NCBI GenBank assembly: GCA_026770705.1
Contig: JANJGN010000026.1
Span: 27,156,001-27,220,000 of the forward strand
Reading direction: 5' to 3'
From: Isurus oxyrinchus
Lineage: Eukaryota
Length of the DNA stretch: 64,000 bases
A model generated the notes under the pieces. The model did no database searches, was not told where the DNA came from, and saw only the letters and a program-made list of their open reading frames with translations. Positions 1 to 11,942 of the stretch are shown in pieces. The first letter of the stretch is position 1, and every line of letters starts with the position of its first letter. A program made the translations under genes and the position numbers.

Positions 1-338
1 TGTACGATTTTAATATGAAGCTACCCAACTAATATAACTAAAGTTTTGATTAGTAAAATTGGGGAACTGAGGCGCATTGACACACACAGAGGAACACACA
101 CACATACATATAAGACCAAGAATGACAGAGACCCAAGGACAGGGAAACACTCAGAAAACAAAGATATCACAAATTGGCTCACTTTTGTTTCACAAATCCG
201 ACAGCAAATTCCGTAATTGCTTGTAGATGAACGGAAATAGGAAAAAGCCAAAGTGTTTGGCTGTGTTTTTTATTCTATTGAACAGATAATTAATCCTGTA
301 TCTGTAGACACCTGGTTAAAATCAGGAATGAGAAGAAG

Positions 339-401
339 TGTAGTCAGCAGAATGGGACCCTGGGTGGGGAGAATCCATCACCTTAACCACTCCGCTTTCA
401 C
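339..401 (-). pseudogene. Degenerate tRNA-Ser-like remnant (anticodon arm deleted)
   Basis: Minus strand GAGTGGTTAAGGTGATGGA...TCTGCTGACTACA resembles the D-arm and 3' end of vertebrate tRNA-Ser. Confidence 0.5.
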
Positions 402-675
402 CTGCAGACCCTGTGCGCTCACCAAGGGGTGTTATATAAAATCACAGAATGGTTACAGAAGAGAGGGAGGTCATTCGGACGTCATGTTCCTGTTGGCTCT
501 CTGGGAGAGCAACTCAACTCGTCTCACTGTGCCGGCCTTTTCCCAGTCGCCCTGTAATTTATATTCACATTTCCTCTCCTTGGAATTCCGAACTATCAGA
601 AACACCGCTCACTTTCTTGCTATAAAAATTCTTCTCCGCCGAAGCAATTTGCACGAAGTCCGCAAAACGACCTTC

Positions 676-757
676 TGGCAATGGTGGGATTTGAAACCCG
701 GTCTTGTATGGAGACTGGAACTTATGCCCAGCACCTTAGGCTACTTGGCCTGTCATC
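676..757 (-). pseudogene. tRNA-Leu-derived pseudogene
   Basis: GGCCAAGTAGCCTAAGGTGCTGG...TCCAGTCTC...TTCAAATCCCACCATTGCCA matches the tRNA-Leu layout with a variable arm. Stems are mismatched. Confidence 0.7.
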
Positions 758-925
758 GTCTTAACTGGTATTGGCAGTGAATGAGAACATAAGAAATCAG
801 AGCAGGAGTCTGCCAAAAGGCTCCTCGAGCCTGCTCATCTACTTCATAAGATCATGGCGGATCCTGGGCCTCAACACCAATTTCCCAGCTGATCCCTATA
901 GCCCTTGATTCCTTTGCTGTACCCC

Positions 926-999
926 ATCTTTGTGGCATAAATGGTGAGTGCGTTCCGACATTAACAGAAAAGTTGGTTGTTTAACATCATCCAACAACG
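926..999 (+). pseudogene. tRNA-Asn-derived pseudogene
   Basis: ATCTTTGTGGCATAAATGGTGAGTGCGTTCCGACATTAACAGAAAAGTTGGTTGTT...ACG is colinear with vertebrate tRNA-Asn(GTT). B box degraded. Confidence 0.65.
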
Positions 1000-1384
1000 G
1001 CCAAAGTCTCTTCCTCACCCTCCTCCTTTTCTACTCCCATTGCCAACACAGTTCCAGGTTGTGCACTTTGATCTGATGGAAATGTTCTCCAAACATTGTC
1101 AGCCCTACTGTTATCCAGTAAGTTTCCAAACAGTCATATAAATATTAATTTCAAATAAAACGAGAATAAAAATAATTCCACTGCGTAGTACATCAAATTC
1201 CTGAGAAATATATGATTCAAAGCAGCGAATAGACATTCATTCTCTGAATGTACTAATAGAACTGGAGCACACCATTGCATCGTGTGAAGCTCCATTTAAT
1301 TTGTGGATATTATACAACTGGTATTAAGAAAAAGGAGTAATGAAGACGTTACATATCCAAGTTGTCATAATCCCCGACTATATC

Positions 1385-1715
1385 AGTCCACACGTACACA
1401 AACAGATCCTCACACACAAACACACACAAAACTCAAAAACAAACAANNNNNNNNNNNNNNNNNNNNNNNNNNNNNNNNNNNNNNNNNNNNNNNNNNNNNN
1501 NNNNNNNNNNNNNNNNNNNNNNNNNNNNNNNNNNNNNNNNNNNNNNNNNNNNNNNNNNNNNNNNNNNNNNNNNNNNNNNNNNNNNNNNNNNNNNNNNNNN
1601 NNNNNNNNNNNCATAGGAACAGACAGGCGCTTACACAGACATACAGACAGACACACTGATACACAGACAGCCAGACACACAGGAACAGACGCGCAGACAG
1701 GCAGATGCACACAAT
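1385..1715. repeat. CA-rich low-complexity repeat containing assembly gap 1447-1611
   Basis: (CA)/(CAGA) runs flanking Ns. Confidence 0.9.
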
Positions 1716-3039
1716 CAATTGATTCAAAATACCGATTAACCATCCATAACAATATAGTAATCGTCATTGGTTGTAACCAATTTTGATTGATGCCATCATT
1801 TGATGATTAGGGAGATGGCAAGGTTTCATTCTCATGAAATCAACAAGCAAACATCACCAATTGTGGACTAATTAAAGTGAAGTCCATCTATTTTATGCAA
1901 CTGGACATGTATTGCATTTCTGAGTTGGGAATGTAAGAAAACTAAATTAAATAATCTCGGAATCAGTATAACACAAACTGTGCAAAAGGGCAACAGTTAC
2001 AATAACAATTAAATCAACACAATAAAAACATATTAATCTGCCATAATGACAACCCAAACATATTCACCAATATTTTCATTTAGGATCGAAATTTCACAGA
2101 CAGAATTCCACCTGGCGTCTCTCAAGGACTCCATCATTGACCAAGCTTACAGAGCAGACAGTTCAGCAGTGTTGTGGAACTGACAGATCTTTTCATTATA
2201 TTATTGTGGTGTATTATAATGTAGGTTTATGGGTGTGCATATAGATGGTTCTGTCTGTGTGATTTAATTGAATTAGAGTCAGATAGACTGCAAGTTGAAA
2301 TTATCAAAAGATATTAGGGGAAAAAGGTATTTTAAATGCTATTGAGTAAACATGGATGAGGTCTTAGCACGTTCAGGATGAAGGAAATTCGCATTTTTAG
2401 ATAAGTGAAGGAAGATAAGCAAGACCAAGCAGTGTATTTATTTTCCCAAAGGTACTGGCCATATTTGCAACATGTAACATTTTTATATCATGGGAAAAGT
2501 AAATTTCGAAAGGCATATAGAACGATGGAAGACAGAAGAACATACATGAAGAGGAATGGAAGGCTATGTTGGTGGGCCATGTAAAACTTAAGAAGACTGT
2601 GTAAAACAATGCTAGGGAAGCCTCCAGCCACTTTCGCAGACGCCTGCTGTATCCAGAAACCAAAGATGGAGGATTACTTTGGAATTCACTGTCAAGTAGA
2701 TGCTGCGGTAAACTTGCTTGCTTGCTACTTAAATTTAAAATCTATTCTGGACTGCTGCTTTACAGATGGTGTGTTAAAGGAAAACCAGCACCGCATCATA
2801 AGGAAAATGTTGGAAGATATTGGGACCTGAACAGAAATCTCTGCTGATATTCCCATGACTGGGAGGGTCTGAAGGAATCTCTGAGGAGGTGGAGCGAATT
2901 CCCTGAGGTGATGTTCAGTGAGTTCAAGGGGATGATATCAGAGGGAATGGAGCAGGGAAAGAGGATCTTAGGGGTGATTTTCAGGGAGTTCAGGAGGATG
3001 GTATCAAAGAAAGTGGAGCTGATCAGGGAGAAAGTTCAG

Positions 3040-3410
3040 AATCGAAATATGAGACAGAGAAACATGGTTTATGACTAGAACAGAAAAGGTGGAAGCAGAG
3101 TTTACTGTTAACTGCGGTCACTGTTTAAAAATAAGGGGTCCCCCTATTTATGAGAGAGATGAGGATTTATTTTCTCTGAGACGGTCATCAGTCTTTGGAA
3201 CTCTGTCAAAAACGGCGCAAGCAGAGTTTTTGAGTATTTTTAAGACAGCAATAATAGAATCTTGATAAGCTAGGGGATCAAAAGTTATGGGGTTCGGTGG
3301 GAATGTGGAGCTGAGGTTACAATCAGATCTGCCATGATCTGTTAAATGGTGTAGCAAATGAGAGGTGCCAAGAGGCCAGCGGCTGCTCCTAACTCATATG
3401 TACAGATGTA
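3040..3410 (+). mobile_element. CR1-type LINE 3' fragment
   Basis: Similar to the CR1 3' ends at 59996-60260 and, reverse-complemented, 45635-45960. Confidence 0.65.
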
Positions 3411-3774
3411 TGTTCAGATTGTCAGCGTGTGCAGAACAGAAATTGGAGTGTTGGGATCTCCAGAACAGGGACAGAAAGTGTCTGATTGTGCGCTTACATA
3501 AACTGTGAGGCTGGAGTCTCTGTGTCAGATGGATCCCATTCTCTGGGAACAATTCTCATGGATTATGCTTGCATGTTGCGTCAGGCAGGGTGCAGTGCCT
3601 AGGAATTTCCACGATTTGTGCTCTCTGGTGTTCCTGATAAACTCCAAACTTTGGTAATCATTTGCAGGATTACTGCTCGGCAATGTGTCTGTGTCAGATC
3701 GGCCCCAGTCTCTAGGAATCATGATGGTCTGTGTCAAGTGTTCTGTTTGCGTTATATATGCGTTTTATTATTCA

Positions 3775-4250
3775 TTCATGGGATGTGGGTGTGGCTGTCT
3801 GGACCAGCATTTATTGCTCATCCTGAATTGCCCTCGAGAAGGTGGATTGTGACGTCTCTGTGTTATGAGTGTTTAATTGGACAAGGTAGAGAGAGCCTAA
3901 GCAAATTCTTTGGGGACTTGGTTTCAACTCCCAACATTGCTGCTGTTGGAATGTGAATTCAGTTAATAAAATCTGGAATTTAAAGCTGTGCTCAGAAATG
4001 GTAACAATGGCAACTATCATCGATTATCATTTAAGGCCCATCTACACCACTAATTTCCTTAGGGAAGAAAATCTGCCACCCTTACCCGTCTTGGCATATA
4101 TGTTACTCCGGACTCACAGTAATGTGGTTGATTCTTAACTGCCTTCTGAAATGGTCAAGAAAGCCAAACAGTTCAAGGGCAATTAAGATGAGAAACAAAT
4201 GCTGGCCTTGCCAGTGACACCCCATCCCATGAAAGAATAACAAGAAAAAA
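3775..4250. mobile_element. tRNA-derived shark SINE fragments (Deu-domain-like family; relatives at ~12190-12405, 20570-20900, 24840-25220, 28650-29130, 32310-32860, 56255-56540)
   Basis: Recurrent dispersed motifs such as ttccttccctaaaggacattagtgaaccagatggg, ctggattactagtccagtgac and aatgctggccttgccagtgac in both orientations. Confidence 0.7.
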
Positions 4251-4627
4251 AAAAGCTTTACTCTGCATCTAACACCTGCTACACCGAACCTGGGGGTGTT
4301 TGATGAGACAGTGTAATGAAAACTTTCTTCCTCCACATACTGTCCTGCATCAGCCTCTGAAGAAGCAGATCCCTTCTGTTTACAATTACCTGACATGTGG
4401 CTGTGACAGGCCAGAGTTTGAGTGAAATCCTGAGGTTTCACTCGCTGTGTAATCATTCTGCCTCTGGAGTTCGCCATAAAAAAGCTGAGGTAAAGATCCC
4501 TTTATATGGGTGGGCCTTGGGTTCATATACATCCCAGATAGGACAGATGAAAAGTTCCTGTCTGGGAGCATCTGTCGGTTTGGGAGAAAGGAGTTCAGCA
4601 AAGTCATAGCTCGTTTCACATTCAAGG

Positions 4628-4670
4628 TTTATTGACAATTTCAGAGAACATTTTACAGACAATGTTTATT
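4628..4670 (-). terminator. Candidate membrane-form polyadenylation signals
   Basis: AATAAA on the minus strand at 4665-4670 and 4628-4633, about 400 nt past the TM2 stop. Confidence 0.55.
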
Positions 4671-5051
4671 TTAAAGTGAACTGAAGTGAATATAACGACT
4701 GTGAGCCACTTTGAGAACAGAACACAACTGTAACAGGCACCAGGAAGAGAAAACAGGAACTCAACATAAAGGGAATAATTGTGAATGAGGAATGACGAAA
4801 GTTACATATTTACACAGGTAATTCAAACTACAGGGAAATTAAACCAACCGTTACAGTACAGTCATAATTATCTCGCACATTTCAAATTGTAAGTCAGAAA
4901 TACCCTCATGAATATTCTTAGTCACAGATTCGGAATCAAAAACTGAAGGTATTTTACACATAGAGTCACCAAGAGGACATATCTTAAATTTGTAATGCAG
5001 AGATCTCAATAAAGAGCTGAGGAAAATCTACGGTGTCCAAAATTCAATCGA

Positions 5052-5060
5052 TCACTCGAT
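5052..5060 (-). CDS. IGHM: TM2 exon coding part, ATC GAG TGA (IE*)
   Basis: Strong acceptor TTTTATCTCCTTTTACAG 138 nt after TM1, then two codons and a stop, two substitutions from GTC AAG TGA (VK*). Confidence 0.75.
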   Translation of the reverse strand: ME

Positions 5061-5198
5061 CTGTAAAAGGAGATAAAATAATGAAGCAGATCTTTAGGAT
5101 CTCGGACATTTATGTTAGGGTTTTAATCATTGAAACATTGAGAGATTTTTCAAACCGCTTCTGTCAGTTTGAAGTGTGAGTGGATTGAATCTTCTCAC

Positions 5199-5317
5199 TT
5201 TCACCAGAGTGACGGCAGTGCTGTAACACATGCTCAGGAAGAACAGGATGATGAATGTGGAAGCTGTTGTCAAGATGTTGCCATTATCATCGTCAGAGCC
5301 TTCAATCCAGATGCCAT
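5199..5317 (-). CDS. IGHM: TM1 exon (DGIWIEGSDDDNGNILTTASTFIILFFLSMCYSTAVTLVK)
   Basis: Acidic spacer plus mu-type transmembrane CART motif. Acceptor CACAG in phase 1, donor AAA|GTGAG. Confidence 0.88.
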
Positions 5318-5879
5318 CTGTGGAATTTACGTGGGTATAGCGCCCGAAATAAATTAGATTGTTTATTAATCCAGGATTTCTTACTGCCATTTTGCATTCA
5401 CGTTTCTTTCTTAAGCTATTAATTTAATCTCTAATTTAATTTTTAATGTATGTCTACTGTTAGGTTCATGACATTCAGCAACCTATCTCTGTAACTATTT
5501 CTACAGCTGTCCTTCCTTGACATTCCTCATGTCGGAAGGTATGAGAAATTTTCTTTCTTGTCAGTTCATTTTTGAACAATTTTGTACGATCTATTATTAG
5601 AGAATATTACAGTGGATTTCGAGAGAGGTTCGTGAGCTACTTATTTGGAAACTGTGAATGTTGCAGTTTAAAAGCTCGGATGTGAGTTCCCATCTTGTTT
5701 GTTTATTTGTTATGGAAATATTTGGCACGTCTGTAACTTAAATTACTTTCTCAGTAAGAACATTGCTTCAGTGTGTTTGTCGGGTCATCATTGATTGGGA
5801 CAACTGTTGGTGGATATGACCTTTAAAAAGTGCGTTTGAACAATGTTTTCATCAATAGACTGGCGTTTGCGTTATGCCT

Positions 5880-7140
5880 TAGCGTTTGTGCCTGTGTGGA
5901 TGAATTATCTCGTGTGTTACATGACACTTTGTTTGTATTTTTCCATATGTGTGTATGACTGTTAACGTGTGTGTTCATGCGCCAATCAGTGTTGATTTGT
6001 GTAGTTGTTTGCCTGAGTCTGTGTATATACTTTGTGTTTCTATCATTGTATATAATGAGTATTATTGTGCGTGTTTATGTGTTGAAGCCTATATTTATTT
6101 ATGAATATCTGTGTTAGTCCGTATTTACGTGTTCATGACTGCTAATATGTATGTTCATATGTCTCTTTATATTCCACGTGTGAGTCAGTATCTTAACGTT
6201 TGTGTCTCCATAAGTTTCTGTGTGTGTGTGTATGTTTGTGTGTGTGTGTGAAAATGTGCATTTATGTGTTGGTTGATTTTTGTAACTGTGTATTGATGTG
6301 CTTCTATGCCTCCATGTGTTCCTGTGTGTATGAGTATGTTAATATTTGTGTTGTCATGAATGTTCATCTATGTGCTTGTGTGCCAGTGTGTAGTCTGTTA
6401 ATGTGCGTGTATGTGTGTCAGTCTATGTGTGTTAATGTGTGTTTTTACGTCTAAGTTTCTGTCATTGTGAACGTGTGCTTATGCATATGTTAATGGTTAC
6501 AGTTGTGCTTTGTGTACTCCTGTGAGTCTGATTGTCTGATTTTATATGTTTGCCTTTGTGACTGTTTATTTATGTGTGTGCTTGTGTACATTTCTCTGCA
6601 TGCTTGTGTGTGCATGCACTTGTGTGGCTATGTNNNNNNNNNNNNNNNNNNNNNNNNNNNNNNNNNNNNNNNNNNNNNNNNNNNNNNNNNNNNNNNNNNN
6701 NNNNNNNNNNNNNNNNNNNNNNNNNNNNNNNNNNNNNNNNNNNNNNNNNNNNNNNNNNNNNNNNNNNNNNNNNNCATTTGTGTGTCTGTGTGTATATGCG
6801 TATGTGTGTGCATGTGTTTGTGTACGTGTGTGTGTGTGTGTGAATTTATGTGTTTGTGTACGTGTATGCATGTGTATTTGAGTGAGTGTGCATGTCTCTA
6901 TGTGTATGTGTGTGTACATTCGTATGTCTGTGTGTGTATTTGTGCGTCTGTGTATTTGTTTGTGTGCGTGTGTGTTTGTGTGCCGGTGCATGTGTACGTG
7001 CATTTGTATGTGTATGTGTGTATTTCTGTGTGTATGTCTGTATGTGTGTGTGTGTGTGTGAGAGAGAGAGTGTGTCTATGTATTTGTGTGTACACGTATG
7101 TATCTGTGTATATGTGTGTCTGTGTGAGTGTCTGCGTCAG
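5880..7140. repeat. Degenerate (GT)n-rich tract in the CH4-TM1 intron, with gap 6634-6774
   Basis: About 1.2 kb of TG-rich low complexity. Confidence 0.9.
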
Positions 7141-8213
7141 TTGAGTGTGGTTTTATCAGTTGTATATATTTTTAGCATTGCTCCAAGATCCAACGTGTAC
7201 CAATAACCCAGTCTGACCTTGACGGTGAGAATTATGGTTAAAATTTTTGATCTTATTTCTATAGATGTGCTTTTTGTGAGATGCGAAGTGATATCAGGTG
7301 AACAAATACAAAAAATCAACATAAAACTCAGTGAGAGAACATTGAAAACCCAGGGAGGATTCAATCACCCGTTTAGATTTGGATTATGTGAAATCAATGT
7401 TAGCATAAGGTCAACATGAACAACGGTGAGTTCAAAATCTGTGGCCAGAAAATTGACTTATACTGTTGGCAACTGAATCCTTATAGCAGAGATCCGATCC
7501 CTTCCGGATTCAATGCTGGAGGAGTGGAGTATAGTGAGTTAATGGTTTCCCCTTTCTCAGGTCAGCTAAGCAATTTACTTTTGGTTCTCTCTGCTAAAGA
7601 GATGGAGGTAGATTGGGTTAACTAATCACCTTTCCCCCTTTCTTCTCGTTGGAGCATTGGAGCGATAGTGGATAACTAAAGCCACCCCCCCTCTCCACCC
7701 TTTGCTAGGAGAATAGAGGGGCACTGGGTTAACAAATGCCCTTCCCCCTGTATCTGTTGGGGAAGTGGGGGTACAGTGGGTTAACAATTTCCCTTCCACC
7801 TCTTTCTGATGAGAGATTGTTGATAGATGTCCCTGTATGACCCTCACTTCAGTTCCCAGTGGGTGTGGTGCAGCAGCTTAAAGCTGATATCATTTTAAAG
7901 GGATGGATAATAAGAGAATCAGGAACACCGAGATCGAAATGTGCTGTGTTTGTTTGTCGGGAGTCAGAAATTGTCAGATTTTTCCTCTATGGAAGGAGAG
8001 TTAGTGAAGTTATTTTGTGGAATCCTGTAATGAATGAGTTTTACTCTGCCTCTAACCCAGGGTGTATCTGAGCTGGGAGCACTGGGTGTATGAGACTTGG
8101 ATCTGAGACCTTTGAATTTCCGATTTTAAATGAACAGGGGTAACATTAGCAAAAGTGGAAAGCAACATTAGTTAAGCAATTGTATAATTAAATCACGATT
8201 GGAAGAAAAGGCC

Positions 8214-8228
8214 TTTATTATTTTTATT
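8214..8228 (-). terminator. Secretory-form polyadenylation signals (two AATAAA)
   Basis: tttatt at 8214-8219 and 8223-8228, about 30-40 nt past the tailpiece stop. Confidence 0.8.
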
Positions 8229-8255
8229 AATGTTCGATATGCAACCCATGGACTC

Positions 8256-8644
8256 TCAATGACATGAATTAATGGTGTCCATCAGTGCAAGGGAAATGTT
8301 CACAAAACTCGGTTTACCGCTGGATTTATCAACAGTTCTGTTGATGATCATCAGGGGGATCACTTCATGTCCCACCACACAGGAGTAAGGAGCGCCGCTG
8401 GCCCACTCCTCCACTGCAATGGTTAACAGGCTGTACATGAAGATGGAGCGATTACTGTTCACCATCACCTCGGTATTCTTGTAGTTCCTGGGATTCACCG
8501 GCTTGTCATTGACGGTCCACTTGACAAAGATCTCTCGGGGGTAGAAATCTTTAACTAAGCAGCTGAAGGAGACGAATCTCTGAATAGAGACATCTTCCAC
8601 CGAGGGCAGGAGGACAGACACGGATGGTTCCCACAGATTTTTCG
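8256..8644 (-). CDS. IGHM: Cmu CH4 exon plus secretory tailpiece [20 protein letters not shown]
   Basis: Acceptor TTTTCTGCAG, open to TGA at 8256-8258. Tailpiece has the NIS sequon and penultimate Cys. Internal donor G|GTAAA (exon end 8318) serves the membrane form. Confidence 0.96.
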
Positions 8645-9588
8645 CTGCAGAAAACGTGCAATAAATGTCAATAAACTGGACAGTTTCAGAACCAGAAAGA
8701 AAAACTCTTCTACGATGTTAGAGAAATGGGGTTTGTGTTGAATCTTAAAGGTTTCCATTTTCCACTTTGGGATCTGTCTGGTTTTCCAGCTTGGAGTAGA
8801 GTTGGATGTCTAAGAAATTAGGGTAATCAAAAGCTGCATAATAACAAACCTAAATAGCATGGATTGTCTCTCTGGAAAGAGGATTTCTAAACAAGTTGAC
8901 CTCTAAACATTCTTAGTTCAGGCTGCCATGTTGACATTTCTGAGCTGGTAGGCTGGAGTCTTGTGCACCCCAGCATCTGTGCAAATGTTTAGAAAGGACC
9001 AGGATGTGAGCATCAGCATGATGTAAACTTAAAATCTGACCTCGAGCAGGGGATGCAGTAACCACCCTGACAGTTTAGGCACATGTCCTGACCATTGGCC
9101 AGAAAAGTTTGCATTGGCAATTGACACTGGGTTAGTTACCAGCCCCCAGATAAAGATTATATTACTAAGTGCTCAGGAACAGGGCCTAGGTCCTGGTGGG
9201 CTCAAATGCTGGTGAGGTGCCGTGGTGAGGCTGCAGTGCCAGTCGGCAGCTGCCTTCCTCAAAATGGCCAAGGAGGAGGAGGAAGGTGAGGTCAATGCAC
9301 TTTGTGCCAAACAGCAACAGACCATTCAGCCCACCTGGACCGTGCTGGTGTTTAAGCTCCACACCGGGCTTCTCCCACCTTACTTCATCTAAACCCAATA
9401 ACACCATCTTCAGTACATTGTTCAGTCATCTACTTACCAATTTCCCCCAGAATGCCTACAGGTCCAGAGCATTTAGTTAGTGGAATTACCAATCAGGGTA
9501 GACCATGAATACACTGAATGGTAAATATTGACTCTAACACTGGAAAGAGACACAATGATTCGCTTATTGCTTCATTTTCACCGCTCAC

Positions 9589-9888
9589 CTGGTTCCTTGT
9601 GGATGGAACTTTTTAAAGGATCTTGATGGCTCACCACGCAGTAGAACTCAGCCCCACTCAGCCAGGCTTGTGTCGAGATGGTTACGTTGCTGACGACACT
9701 GTTGGGATCCTCTCCCGGTTGGACGGCAACCTCTGATTTCAAAGGCTTCGTTTCTTGGGTCCAGGACTCGAGGGTTCCATAAGGGGCATTAGAAGCGATG
9801 CAGTTTAAGGTCACTATCACCTCCAGTAAGACCTGTTCTATTGGCGGTGGAAGCAGAGTAATTGTGGGATCCCTGCACTGGGAATGAT
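9589..9888 (-). CDS. IGHM: Cmu CH3 exon ([14 protein letters not shown]...SSIHKEP)
   Basis: Acceptor TTTCATAG, donor G|GTGAG, 300 nt open phase 1-1, Cys/Trp intact. Confidence 0.93.
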
Positions 9889-10250
9889 CTATGAAACAGA
9901 AATGAAAATCAGCCAAAGTTCTACCTTTAGAATTAAGACAGCAGTATTCAACCTTCACTCCCTAAAGGAGAATAAATCATCTTTGGCATATCAACCTCTA
10001 ACTATTATCTTTAATCTGCCTTACACAATGGAAAATCAGTTTGATCTATGTAAATCGTTCTCATTATATGAGTCGTTCAGCCCCGGAAACATTCTAATGA
10101 ATCTGCATTGCCCCAGTCCCAAGGCAAATATAGCATTCCCAAGCCCTGGAATGCAGTGCAGAACGCCGTTTTCTAAATAGGTTGGATATCCTTGGCAATA
10201 CATAATCCAGAAGCTATTGCCAGTTACTGCAATCGGTTTGTATCTCTTAC

Positions 10251-10548
10251 CAGGTCTGTTGATGTTTCGACTTTGGGTGATCGACCTGACAGGCATAGGC
10301 CGCATCGGTGAACCATTCCCGAGCGGAGACTTTCAGCCGACTGGTCGCCGAGAAGTTCCCGTTCACTGCAAAGGCGAGAGACGTGACAATTCCTGAATCC
10401 ATGGGTTGTCCATTCTTCAGCCACTTCACGGTGATTGACTTTGGACGGAAATCAATGATTGAACAGACGGCGGTTGCAAATGTGTTGGTTGTGATTTCTT
10501 CCCTGGAACTCACGGTGAGGAGAACAGTTGGAAGGAAGTCCGGAAGAC
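10251..10548 (-). pseudogene. IGHM: Cmu CH2 exon with 3' frameshift
   Basis: Acceptor TTCTTTAAG, donor G|GTAAG, but 298 nt (not a multiple of 3). The main frame ends [15 protein letters not shown], while the expected tail [10 protein letters not shown] is in another frame (ORF 10036..10305). Confidence 0.9.
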
Positions 10549-10761
10549 CTTAAAGAAACACGGGTTTGACATTTCTTGGAGAAGAAATTGTTAACAGATA
10601 CAATGAGTTCCTATATTTTAACAGGCTTTTTCCGTTAATAGGCACTAACCTGGATTTTCATGGGATCAGAACTATGCAGAGTAGTATAAATGCGTTATTA
10701 CCAAGGCCCTGTACAGGTTAATCACAGCCTTTCTGTTTCTCACAGGTTCCTCAACACTTAC

Positions 10762-11058
10762 ATTGCATTCCAACGCTCTTGTCTGAGCCGCTGTGTCGAA
10801 TCTCACAGTTGATTTTGCTGCACTCTCCCTCTGACTCGGTGGTTAACTGGCTGCTCAGGGTGTAGGTTCCCTTCTGGTTTCTCACTGACGGGTAAGTCTT
10901 AAATCCAGTGGTGATCGGCTGTCTATCTTTCTTCCAGGTCAGGTTGGTGATTTCTGGGGAGTAGTCTGTCGCCAAACAGCCGTAGGTGACGGAGCCGTCG
11001 GTGTTGTGTTGCTGACAGGGGGAGATCAGGCTGTAGAGAGTGGGCGAAGACGGTGTCG
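10762..11058 (-). CDS. IGHM: Cmu CH1 exon ([17 protein letters not shown]...KSVGMQ)
   Basis: Acceptor TTTCCCAG, donor T|GTAAG, 297 nt phase 1-1. Ig C1 Cys/Trp present plus the early Cys (SPC) at the usual light-chain-linking position. Confidence 0.95.
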
Positions 11059-11942
11059 CTGGGAAAGAATGGCCGATTGAACAAGTTAGACTCTGATTTG
11101 TGATCATTAAGTAACCAAATAACTCAAAATTTGACTATAAGTATAAACTTCTACTAATATATTCCAACTAAAACCTACATCCACGTTTGAACTTCTATTA
11201 TTTCCATAATTTGGTAATCCTGACCTGTCCGTTCCCTCTTTATAAATCCACACCTTTTTCTCCGCCTCCATCGTTTTACAAAAAAAGGAACATTTTGATG
11301 TAATCTGGATGATGTGCCTTTCATTGGATTAAAATAGAAGAGCACAGGATTTTCCCCATTATTTCAGCCACCGTTTATTTCTCAAAATCATTTCTCGTTT
11401 TGTAACCAATAAATTCGCTCGTCATACATATCATTGCAGTTTTGGAAATTGGCCCTATTGAAATTGATTTCTGTCCCCTCCCACCACCCCCCCCCCCCAC
11501 CACCACCACCACTAACCCCCCCCCCCGCCCCCACAGTTCCCCAAAAATTATGACTCCGTTTCAAAAGCACCTTGGTAGTGAGTGCTTATAAAATTGCCAT
11601 GACACTGTCAATTGAATCCAAGATAAAATAATTCCAACATTTTATAATCAAGACCTGTCGTGTCCTTTGAACTAAAATGGGTTGTGAAGCCTGGCCTGAC
11701 ACGCCTCCATGCAGTTTCAATGTTGTAGAAAATGAAAACCTAGAGCCTGAAAGTGGCGTTCTGACCATGAAACTGCTTTATACCCAGTGAAATCCGGAAC
11801 ATTGAACCATTAGCGTTCTTCAGATCTTGATTCCTGTTGAGGAATCCTCTCCCCTCCCCAAATATTTTCGCATTAGATTCTTCCAAATTGTGTCCATTGA
11901 GGACCTCTCTACATATGTTCACTATCAACCTTTGGGGGAGCT

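Noticed and set aside
253-780. 175-aa ORF as a host gene
   Set aside because: No recognisable domain, GTG start, and it overlaps antisense tRNA pseudogenes.
6185-7206. Cys/Val-rich and His/Thr-rich ORFs
   Set aside because: Translations of GT/CA low-complexity DNA spanning an N gap.
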